Shown here: piece after piece, positions 49,801-60,904 of the stretch
How positions within the stretch are numbered: position 1 is the first letter of the stretch
How the letters are laid out: each line of letters begins with the position of its first letter
Assembly: GCA_016748015.1 (NCBI GenBank)
Contig: JAAOMT010000627.1
Coordinates: 1 to 64,000 of the forward strand
DNA: 64,000 bases
Direction of reading: 5' to 3'
Origin: Geosiphon pyriformis uo1
Taxonomy: Eukaryota; Fungi; Glomeromycota
The notes under the pieces: generated by a model
The model's database searches: none
Told to the model about the DNA's origin: nothing
The model's input: the letters and a program-made list of their open reading frames with translations, nothing else
Program-made: the position numbers and the translations under genes

Positions 49801-51285
49801 TAAGTATTTTGAGTTTTAATGAATTTTGTCAAGTATATAATAAGTTATTAAATACTAATTTTTTTCTGTATTTTTATCTACATTGATAATTTTTTAAAAA
49901 TTTGGATTTATTAAATATAAAAACTAATATTGTAGTGTTTTTTAATAATTTAGATTTTGGTATTAGTGTTAAAGTTTTTAGTCTAATGTTATTTACTTTA
50001 GCCAAATTATAGACTATTGTATTGGCTTTGAAATGTGTTTTTTATTTTATTTGGTAATAATATTTTTAAACAGTCAAGTAGTTTTAAATGTTTGCTTATT
50101 AGAACTGGTCTTAGTATTATCTAATTTTTGTAACTATTATTAAATAAAACATTATTATATTGTAAAGTTAATTAATAAAAAAAATTTGCATGTGTTTTAG
50201 TCTAAAATTAAAAGCCATTCTGGTGTTTTTGATAATAATAGAGCTAATATATTAGCTGCTGCTATATTATTTTTAAATTTAGTACTTTTAACTATAATTT
50301 AAATTTTTTTTTAAGAATTAATAGCATATGTATATTTGGAAATATATGGTATTTTGTTTATAGAATTTTTTAGATAATTTATTATGTTTATTAGAAAACT
50401 AGTTGTAGTATTATTGTTTTAAACCAGAGTTTAAGAATGTAAATTAAATTGGTTTTTTATAAATATAACATTTAAACTCTTATATAATGACTAAACACAC
50501 AAGTTGAGTTATTGTAAATGTTTATTTTTATTTTATAAAGACTTTTTATTATTAGTTATCTATAGCTGTCTACAAATATTTATATAATAAATACTATTGT
50601 AGTGTTTTGTGTCTTTTTTATAATAAAGTTGAATTTTTGGATTATTTATTTTTATGTTTATTAAACTTTGCTGTTTATAATACTTTGTTGGTTTCTTAGA
50701 CTATTATATAAGAATTTTTTTCTAATTTGTGTAGATTTTTATCTTATATGTCTTAATTATTATTATTATGTTCATTAAATACTATAATATATATTACTTT
50801 GTATAAGATTTTGTTTTCAGAACTTGGTTTTTAAAGTTTTTTTTTTTTAAAAAAATTCTAAGATTGTAATTGATAAAATTATAAAATTTGTATATGATCT
50901 GGTTTTGGTTTACAGAAATAAGATTTAGCTTATTTATTTTAAGTATTATGTAATAATAGAAAAAATATTTGATTCTGATAAATAATTTAGTGTTTTTTTA
51001 TTAATAGTTTTCTAAATATATTGTTAAAAAATATAATTAAATTACTTAATATTGTTAAAACTTTGAATGTAAACTTTAATATACATATTTTGTGTTTATT
51101 CATTTTTGGTATTAGCAATAATATTAGTATTTATATAAAGATTTAATGTTGTTTTGACCAGCTTAAGTAATTGGTTATATATAGCAAATATATAATTTAT
51201 ATTTAGTTTAAATTATTTAGTTTAATATATTATACTAAATTGTATTTGAACTTTACTTATTAAATAATTAATAATAATAATAATA
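43850..51285 (+). mobile_element. Extremely degenerate full-length LINE with (TAA)n tail, interrupted by a solo LTR
   Basis: ORF1/ORF2 junction ~45555. ORFs 44800, 45732 and 48058 are AT-shifted versions of the LINE proteins. The 3' end 51150-51285 matches the other copies. 5' end approximate. Confidence 0.75.
48553..49489 (+). repeat. Solo LTR family A with TSD ATAA
   Basis: Colinear with 2540-3516. ATAA lies at 48549-48552 and 49490-49493. Confidence 0.9.
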
Positions 51286-51609
51286 AAACAGTTTTGGTTT
51301 TTATTTTATTAGATTAAATTTTTTAATTAAATAATATAATAATATAATTTATATTAAAACATAATAATAATTAAGTAAAATTACTTATATTAAATAATAA
51401 AATATTAAAAAAAACAAAAAATCAATATTTTATTTTTAAAAAAAAAACACATATTTCAAAATTGTAAAAGTGGAAAAAAAAATATTTTTTACTGTTTTGA
51501 TTTTTTTGATTATTTAAGCAATAAATATTAGAAAAAACAATAACTTAATTATTAATTTATAATTAAAAGTTTTGGATTTTTAGCTGTAATAATACCAATA
51601 TTACAATTA

Positions 51610-51900
51610 CTTTTAATAAACTGTTTTAAAAAACTTTAATTAAAAACAAAAAAAGTGCTTTTTTAATAGCTAAAAGCTGTTTTGTTTTTATATTACTTAG
51701 AAAAAAACACTTTTATAAAGTACTATTTAGCTATTTTATTATAAAAAAAACCTTTAAATAATGGTACTTTTATTAAGTACTAAAAAAATAGTGGTTATTT
51801 TTTTTTACTCTTTGTTTTAATTGTGATTATAAATTTGCAAAAAAGAAAAAAGTTCAATATTTATTTCAAATAATTTATAAATTTAATTAAATTATAAATA
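51610..51900 (+). repeat. Unclassified AT-rich dispersed repeat (inverted copy at ~59920-60190; probable third copy at ~4110-4230)
   Basis: AAAAACAAAAAAAGTGCT...AGTGG...CTTTGTTT(T)AATTGT is shared between the copies, by eye. Confidence 0.65.
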
Positions 51901-52694
51901 ATATTTTTGTTTTTAATTATGAATAATTTATTTAAAATTATATGAATAGTTTTTTTTATTGTTTTACTGCTTAAAATTGTTTAATTAACAATAAATTATT
52001 TGTAAAATAATAATAGTATTATATCAAATTAACAATCAATCATTTTTAAAATTAAATTTTGTTTTTTCTTTACATACCAAATTAACAGGATTATAAGATA
52101 CAAGCTTTAAAATAAAAAAAGTTATTAATTACATATAATAATTTATTATTAGCAAACAAAATTAGTCTTAAAAACACTTTCCAATGACGATTGTTGGGAT
52201 TTTTTACTTTCAAAGCTCTAAAGCTTCGAAAAAATGTGCTCAATATACACAATTATTTTTTTATAAAATCTATGATTTTCTTCGAAATAAATGAATTGTC
52301 CTTTCATTCAAGCAAATTATCTGAGTAAATTCATCTGTTATTATCCCGACTCTCGTTAATATCCATTAATAATTATTTGAAATTGTCAAGATTTTTTATC
52401 CAAAGATGATTGTTCCCAAAACTTATCCCGCAGTAGATTTGTTACTTTTTATCGTATATGTAAAGCTTGGAAACACTTTTAAAAAGAATTTAATCGGGAA
52501 AACGTTAACGAAGATATCAAAAATGAAAACTAATCTGATTCTAATTCACGGTTCAAATTTTGCGAGAATCAAATCTTTAAAGAGAATGAAAAATCTTTGG
52601 AATTTTATTCATATAGAGTATCAGGCTTTTGAAGCAGTAATTTTATGAAAAGTCAAATTTTACTTTTTTTACTTTTTTTTTATTAATTAATTAA

Positions 52695-53423
52695 TTAATT
52701 AATTCTAACATTTTTTTCTCCATCCAATAGGAAACTTCTTTCTCGCCAGAATCCTTTCCCATAGCTTACTAAAATTTCATTCCCTTTCTTTATTTTTCCT
52801 ACACCTGGCATCACCCAAACACCCATTTTCAATTCGCCCGTTTTCGCATCTATAAATTCGTGAAATGATGCGTTTGGTTTAGATGCTATACCTCTATAGT
52901 CATTAATAAATCTTGCTTCGCTTCCTATGATTTTAAAAAGGAATATTAATAAATTTTGTAAATCCTGAATTGACAACATTTCATTTATGAAATGAGAACA
53001 ATGACCATCTATTTAATTTTTACCTTGTTTCCACCCATCAATACATATTTCTTTGCCAAACCCTAACAGATAATTGCTTTTTTCTTCGCTTTCCATTCTC
53101 CTAGTTACTTTCCCTGTATAACATACTATCAACTCTCTTTCTTTTAAGTCTCTTTTCGCGAACAAACCACTTCCAGGTGACGCCGGGTGGCATATTTGAT
53201 CTTTCAAAGAAATGATCTTGACAAAAGGACTTGGTAACGGTGGTGATAGACAAATCGTACTCAGAGGTGAGGATGTAAAGGGGTGACTTGGGTTATTATT
53301 TAATAAGGGAAGATTTTTCGAGGGTTTTGGTTTTAAGTTGCCCGGAAAAAAAAAATTTTCTTCCAAATATTCAATCTCGGCAAGCCAATTTTGTGGAATT
53401 CTTTTTCTTGACTTCTTGGCCAT
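52695..53423 (-). CDS. Small SET-domain protein (putative lysine methyltransferase), 2 exons (53423-53024, 52924-52695), ~209 aa
   Basis: GSGLFAKRDLKERELIVCYTG, then G|SEARFINDYRGIASKPNA, IKKGNEILVSYGKGFW. A GT-AG intron joins the two ORFs in frame. Confidence 0.88.
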
Positions 53424-53750
53424 TTGAAAATATAATTTGCCGATTTCTTATTGAAATTTTCGGATTAAAAAATAGTTTAAATATTTACACAACCACTTTA
53501 GACACGTAGATAGCCTTGGGAAATATTCAATCGCTGTGCTCCTATTGTAACATATCTTGTTTCACGTGCTCGACATTTAGTGGCCAATTAACTTTTTTCA
53601 CTGTTAAATTTGTTTTTGGCCTGACAATATCCAAAATTCACATACTTCCTTTCCTTTCTATTTTTTGTGAAAAGTCCCGAGAAGCTTCCCTACCTGACCA
53701 AGTCTCAGAATCTGTGGTATTTTAGCAAGAAAAACAATAGCTCAATTAAA
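53424..53750. promoter_or_regulatory. Probable bidirectional promoter between the SET and PHD genes
   Basis: Only 327 bp separate the divergent start codons. CACGTG at 53563 and CCAAT at 53584. Confidence 0.5.
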
Positions 53751-56700
53751 ATGTCTCCCACCTCTACCAAAACAACAGAGAGACCTGAGGATGGGCAGTC
53801 AGCCCCAAACATCCTTGTCGAAGAGGCCTCTCTTTATCAAAAGATGTGTAACTAAACAAGATGTTCAATTCTTATGCTTTTATTCATTTTCATTCTACAA
53901 AATTTTTAAAACTCTATTATTTATTAACCGTCTCTAGTCGCTGACCGAGGCCCAAACAAACGGAAGATCAAGATGAGGCAGCTTGAGCAAATCCCTTTGG
54001 AGGGCGCTGATGATGACTCCGAATACGAAGTGAGTCCAAAAGACCCAGAAGAAACAGACACCGACGACGCTACCATAGTCAGTGGCGGAAATTCAGCCCA
54101 AGAAGGTGAAGTGTGCTTGGTGGTCGAAGCTGAACAGCAGCCAACCGCAGAAATTGAAGCAGTCGACCCCGAAGATACAGAAGCTCTTATAAAAGAATTC
54201 CTAAAAAAATGGGTAAGACTTTTGCTAATGATTTTTTCAAAAGACCAATTCCCTGAAATTGAATAAAAAAATCATTGTTTGCTTTCATCTTGGTTTTAAA
54301 GAAAATTGAGGATCCCGGTGTTTGTTGTATATGTCTTGAAAGTGCTACATCTGAAAGTAATATGCTGGTATATTGTGATGGAGACGAATGTGAAGTAGTC
54401 TGCCATCAAGGTAACGAAGGTTTAAAATTTTTGAGATGCTTATTATGAAAAAATTTTACATAATTTTCTTACTAAACCAAACCTCTTATTATAAAATATT
54501 CTTGTTAGAATGCTACGGGATAATTCATTTACCAGCGAGCGATGAGCCATGGTATTGTGATCGTTGTTTAGCTCCTCCATCTGAATATGTGGCAAGTTAA
54601 TCTGCACCGAAGAAAACTATTCATACAGTTTCTACTGAAAACTATTCGTGCGTTCTCAATATTTTATGTCAAATTCCAGTCATGCGCTTTATGTCCCAAC
54701 AAAAATGGTGCTTTTCGTCGCCTCAAGAACGGAGAGAGTTCGGGTAGCTGGGTGCACCTTGTGTGTGCTCTTTGGATGCCTGGGATGTGGGTAGGAGACA
54801 CATATGAAATGACAGATATTACTGTCGAAGGAATTGAACATAAAAATTGGACCAAGGTATGCGTATAAAAGTTAAACAAAATAATTCAAAGTTACCTGTG
54901 ATTGATTTTAATAAAAGATTTTTTACTCCTCATTTTATATCAAATTAGCCCTGCTCGGTATGTCCAGAAGAAGTAGCTAATGAAGGTGCAAAAATACACT
55001 GTGATGCCGGTGGTTGTAAAAATTTTATACATGTATCATGTGCTCATTCCATGAGCTTATTAGAATGTGTTGAAGATGACCCAAATATATCTGATCCTTA
55101 TTTCGCGGTGAGTAAAAATATTCATCAAAGAAACTAGTATTTTCAAGTTAAAAAATAATAAGTCTACCCCTTTCTGTAGTACTGTCCAAATCATGGCTCT
55201 GAATTACCATCGCGCTTAAACGAATGGGAGCGATGGTACCGTAAAAGGGATAAATTTCTAGGACAAGTTCGCAAAAAGGAAAACGTCGCTCGTGGACAAA
55301 ATCTTTCTTCCGATGATGTTGGCTTCAGCCTTCGGGAAATTTTCGAACACCAGTATTCAGATTATCGTAAAAGTCGTGAGACTCGTATCGCCGGTGCAAG
55401 ACGAAGAGTTGCCGAGGTCACCTCAGTTGTCCATAAATTAAAAGATCAGAAAGAGAAGTATGAAAAAAGTATACCTGACACTCGAATTAAAATTGAAAAT
55501 GCCCGAAAAGAGTCCGAGGCATTGCAAGACTACCTGAATTCGGTTCGTGAAAGCTTGCAATTATGTTCAAGAGCGATATACCATTTCCCTATGAAGCTTA
55601 ATCGACCGGAAAACAACAGTAATCGAGATCGCGACACAGTCGACCAATTCATTGATTTGTTGAGCCGACCAGTTGTATGGGAACCTGCTGCTGCTATGAT
55701 AGCCAGAAGAATTGATATTAATAAACTCGATAACGCTATCATAGCTCCACTTGGAATACTGCCTCCAACGAAAACTACAGCTCCAGTGACCAAAACAAAA
55801 AAAAAGCCACAAAAAAGGAAGATTAGATCTATAAAAGGGCAAAAACAACACAACGGTTCCCAAACGGTTGTTGATATTGAAGTGGGTGAAAAAGAATCTC
55901 AAGTGACAATGACATCGAAATCTATTGCAACAAAAACGTGTGATGTCCAAGAACCACCAATCAAACCCCCGCCGAAAAAGAAGGGACGAAAATCGAACAA
56001 ACAAAAGGAGCTGGAGGAACAAGAGCGACTTTTGGCGGAGCAACAAGCTCAAAAATTGCAAGGACAAGTAAATTTAAGACCTCTTCAAACAGACCTCGAT
56101 ATCCTAAAGCCGATCAAAAAAACCAGGGGTAGAAAATCTAACAAACAGAAAGAACTAGAAGAACAACAAAGATTGTTACAAGAACAGGAAAGATTATTGG
56201 CAGAAGAGCGAGCCCGACAACTAGTGGACCAAGGACGAGGTCCTTATCTAAAGGATACCGATTTTGAGATGGGAAAGAAGCTTGAAAACCCTCGAGAATC
56301 CCCAACAGTAAAACAATCATCGCAAAATGATATAATGTGGCAAGCCAAAGATCTCTTAGCGATATCTCAGCAAGGGATAGAACATCAGCAAAAATTCTTT
56401 ATAGAAAATCCGATCGGAGTCCAACACCACATGGAAGGTGTTCAAGCTTTCGTTGGACTGAATCCTTACAAGACTGAGGAAAGCGTACATCACCAGCAAT
56501 CCTCGTTATTGGGCCAAAACATATCAAACCACCTACCTCAACAAGTGGTAACGGGTGTAGCCCCTTCTGAAAGTCCCCGTAATGGAGTCTCAAGAGGTTA
56601 CAAACGCAGACAAGACAAAGAAATTCGTGATGATGATGATTCCAGCCCCAAGGCGCCCAAAAAAGTACGGGTAATCAAAAGGAAACGTGTGGGCAGACCT

Positions 56701-57265
56701 GGCAGACCTAAGCTCGAGAAAACGCATGCTACTGAACAAACGAATCAAGACGACAACTTTAAAACAATAATAACACCTCCCCAACCAATTTGTGTAGTTT
56801 GCAACTTAGTTGATGTCCCTCAGAATGATCAAGCCTCCGCCACATACGTTACCCCTTCTAAAGCAAGAGCAACATCTTTAATCAATGGACGTGACAAAGT
56901 GCACAGAATGGTTCGCTGCAATTTCTGTGAACGGTGGTTTCATTTGGCGTGCATGAATCCACCGAGAAAGACAATGCCAACGCAGTATGTTAAACCTTTT
57001 GTATCTGGGAGCTTTCATGTTTACTTTACTCATTAACGATCACTTTACTTTTTATCTTCATAGCGGATTCATTTGGCAATGTGAAGAATGCGATCCTGAA
57101 TGGCTTAAAAAACAGCTGGAGGCCGAAAAGACACCAACCAACGGGCTTTTCATTAGTAGCTCAGCTGCTACTAATGAAAATTCTGATAAAGTTTCCACTT
57201 CAAGTGAAGGTGCGACCCCCACCGCCTCTCATTTGAAATGGAGGCTTCGGTCTTCACACAAATAA
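53751..57265 (+). CDS. PZP (PHD-Zn knuckle-PHD) + coiled-coil + C-terminal PHD protein, PHF14/AF10-like; 8 exons (53751-53847, 53938-54212, 54302-54410, 54509-54591, 54680-54856, 54949-55107, 55180-56984, 57064-57265), ~968 aa
   Basis: CCICL..NMLVYCDGDECEVVCHQECYGI..WYCDRC; CALCPNKNGAF..WVHLVCALW; CDAGGCKNFIHVSCA..DPYFAYCPNH; C-terminal CVVC..CNFCERWFHLACMNPP..WQCEEC. The exon phases add up to an open frame. Confidence 0.9.
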
Positions 57266-58177
57266 AGTTTTTTTAATCTTTTATATAAATTTTTATATCT
57301 TGATATTATAGCACATTCAAAAACCTTGTGCATCATTTTTCCAAAATATAAAAGTACAAATTCAAAGAGACTGAATTTTCATAAAATAAATGTTTGTAAT
57401 ATTTAATGGTCAGATTTTGATATTATCAAAAAGTTGAAATAAATTTCAACTGATTCAAAATATTTTAATACCGAAAAAAATTTCATGAATTTAAAAATCA
57501 TTAAATTTCATATTTTTACAATTTGACTTTAATTTTATTTGAAAATTTTTAAACTAAATATTATGTGATATTCAAATTTTACGTTATTCTAATGAGTATT
57601 ATATCAAAGTTAAAAATAGTAGACATTTTTATAAAAAGCTAAAATCAGCACATAGAATCATTTTGAATTGTGTTGAATTTCATTTTTAAAACCAAATAAA
57701 CAAACATTTAACTCTCAATATTTGGTTCTCAGGAAAGACTTTATATACAGAATTTTGTTTGTTCACAGCAAAACAAAGTAAAATAAAAGGATTTCAAAAG
57801 AGCGTTTACTAATTAGTTCTCTTTGTATTAGTACGAGTGATGATAGTATTTATATGTACAATTAAACGAGAGGAAAAAATCAAAGCTAAAATGATACTTG
57901 ATTCAAAGGAAAAGATTACAGGTTATAGTAAAATATGACAGGAATGAAGAGAATATGTTTGTGGGGTAGTTATATGAGTTCCTATACATACAACAGAAAT
58001 AACAGAAAATCAATCTTCAATGGCATGCCATGAAAACCAATTTGACATTTCATGAAATGGTGGTGAGAAACAAGAATTTAGAGTACAAAATCAAGTGTCA
58101 TGTCTGCGGGTAGGGATCCTGAATTTTCCTCTCTGATTTGGAAAATTTACATTTAAGATAAAATTATTAATTAGAAT

Positions 58178-59435
58178 TTAAACTCTGTTCGAAGAAACAG
58201 AAGATAAAAGTCCATCAGTGGAGGATGTCGACGACAATGATTCATCGGTTAATTTGATCTTTTGTTGTACACGACTTTTTAGGAATACCGGAATCAAAAC
58301 ACCAAGGCCAATCAAAACCAGTGCACCGACATTTGCCCAAGAAAACATGTGAAAGTCAGAGGCACTTGTCATCTGGTTGATCGTAAGACCCGCTTGTACG
58401 TGAATGACTGATGGCCCTGCAACTCCAAAGAATGTCCCAAGTAAAAAAATTTTCAACGGAATGCCAACATGTGGAGCCGCTATATTAGCGAACCAATTTG
58501 GTGGGAAAGGGACTAATCGAAGTACGATCAAGTAATTTAGGAGATGATTGGAATGATTTTGGAGATGGCTGGCTAGCAGATCAAGTTTTTCACTGAACCG
58601 TTCTTTTACGAAGGTTTTGCCAAATCTTTGGGAGATTAGGTAACAATTTGTTGCACCAATTGCAGAACATGTACAGACAATTATCAAGGCAACTGGCAAC
58701 CCGAACAATGCACCACCCAAAACTGAAAGCCACATGCTTCCAGGTATTGAGAATGTTTGTAGACTGTATGGAAAGAGAAAAAGGTCACAGTTATGGTTAC
58801 TTTTAACTAGGTCATTAAAATATCCAAGAATAAAATGGCTGTTTCAAAAGAAATAAGATGATATTGACTTACAATATATATACAATTATGAATGCATTCA
58901 TCACATTAAAATAGGATTGCTCCATGTATGAACTTAATAGCTGATTTAGAGCTTGAAGTTGTTCAAAGTTTTTCGGCAATTTCAGGAGAGCCCGATCTTC
59001 ACTTTGGAATATAGTAATCCCGCAAGGAAAAGAGAAAGCGTTAAAAAAATTTGATATTTGATCTTCAACTCAGGTTATAAATTGACCACGAGCTCGTTCA
59101 GGAAAGTAAAAAAAAAAGGAAAAATTATTTTTAGTAACTCACAGGTCTATTGGGGGTAAAAACAAATGTATCACTAGATAGACCAACCCAAGTGATAAAG
59201 CGAATAACATGATCAGTTGTGACAAGGCCAATATTGTTTTCCAACGACGGGCTGCTTTTGCCATAGGGATCTGTTCCTCGCTCATGTTCACAATGGCTTC
59301 GTAACCTTTTGTACCATCCTCTACTGTCACTGTAATACAGGAATCCTGCTTTTGTGTGTTTTTTAGTAATGGGGCGACTTCATTCATGGTAGACGGACCT
59401 AAACTTTGGCGTATATTAGTTGATGTGGCAGTCAT
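58178..59435 (-). CDS. TMEM41: TMEM41-like VTT/DedA (SNARE-associated Golgi) membrane protein, 3 exons (59435-59143, 59001-58873, 58763-58178), ~335 aa
   Basis: LKLPKNFEQL, YIFLQTFSIPGSMWLSVLGGALF, CSAIGATNCYLIS, LRLVPFPPNWFANIAAP. GT-AG introns are in frame. Confidence 0.88.
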
Positions 59436-59919
59436 TATTGGTCATTTGGGCTACGCGACAATGGAATGGTATTCATCTTTTTAATTAAAGCTACCCAATT
59501 GACAAACAAATAAAATTAATCAAATTTCACAATATGTATCTGCAAATTAAATAAGTAGACAAATATCAAGGTAATAACATTTTTTTGGTTTGTTTTTGTT
59601 ACTTTTTAAAATAAAGCTTTGGTTCGAAATGGATGTAATATTCGTAATCAACAATTGAAAATTGAAATGTAACTTTTTTTATTAAAAAAGGTCATAAAAA
59701 TCAATTGCTATGTATTATATTCTGTCGACAAATATCTAACTACAAAATAAATATTATATTTATGTTGTACTTAAAGTATTAATTCAAACAGTTCAAAATT
59801 TCAATTGAATTTTTAAAAATAACTTATAATTTAGATTATAAAACCAGATTGTTTTTAGAAAATAATAATTATATATATAATTGTTAATAAATTTTATTTT
59901 TGTTGTTCTTATTATGTTA

Positions 59920-60190
59920 TTTTTTTAAATTAATAAACTAATTTATGATAATTATACTTTTTTTTTGTATTTTTATAATTACAATTAAACAAAGAATAAG
60001 AAGGAAATAATTACCACTTTTCTTATAGATTTTAATAATACAATTATTTAAAACTATAAAAACAATTAAACAATACTTTAAAATACTGTTCTTAAATAAT
60101 ACTAAAGTAAAATAATTTTTGGTTATTAAAAGAGCACTTTTTTTGTTTTTAAATAAGAGTTTTTTTAAAAAAATTTCTTTTGAGCAATTA
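59920..60190 (-). repeat. Inverted copy of the 51610-51900 repeat
   Basis: The reverse complement aligns by eye over ~270 bp. Confidence 0.65.
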
Positions 60191-60904
60191 ATTAAAATCA
60201 GTTTTACTTTTGTTACTATTTTTATAAAAAGTTTTGAAATTTTTATGTTATTTTTTTAACAATCTTTTTTAATGTTTTTTAAAGTAATTTTTTGACTTTT
60301 TTTTATAAAAATAAAACTTTAGCTTTTTTTAGTTTTTTAATGTTTTTATTGATTTTATTATATTAATATTAATTATAATACTTAATTTTATTTTGGTTGT
60401 TAATAACAGTTTTTTTAAATAATAACAATAATAATATACTTGTTAAATTTAATTTAAATTAGCTTTTAGTTAAGTTGTTTAATATAATAACTTTTGGTTA
60501 AATATTATTAATTTTAAAAGCAAAATAAGTTATATTTTAATAAATAATTTTATTTGATATTATTATTATTTTACTTAATTACAAAAAAAAATTATTTATT
60601 TATTTATAAATAAATAAAACTTAATTATTATTTATTACAATATAACAATACTATATTCTAAAATAAATATAATTTATGTATTTTTTACATGTTAAAAATT
60701 GAATAAATAAAATAAAAACTAAAGTTTTTATTTTTATTTTTTAAAAATATTATTGAAAATAATCATATCTAAAAAATAATTATTAATTATTAAATATATT
60801 TTTAATAACTTTTATTTTAATTATATATTATTATTATTATTATTATTAAAATTAAAATACTTTATGGTTTAGTTTTTATATAATTTATATATATAAAATT
60901 GTGT

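Noticed and set aside
51255-51285. (TAA)n run as a telomere or functional microsatellite
   Set aside because: It sits exactly at the LINE 3' end and is explained as the retrotransposition tail.
52406-52648. 80-aa ORF downstream of the SET gene
   Set aside because: No recognisable motif or splice partner; probably 3' UTR or intergenic DNA.
55530-56784. Antisense ORFs within the PHD gene (and similar ones such as 61086-61514, 26870-27172, 36476-36805)
   Set aside because: They are opposite-strand shadows of real coding or TE frames with no independent features.
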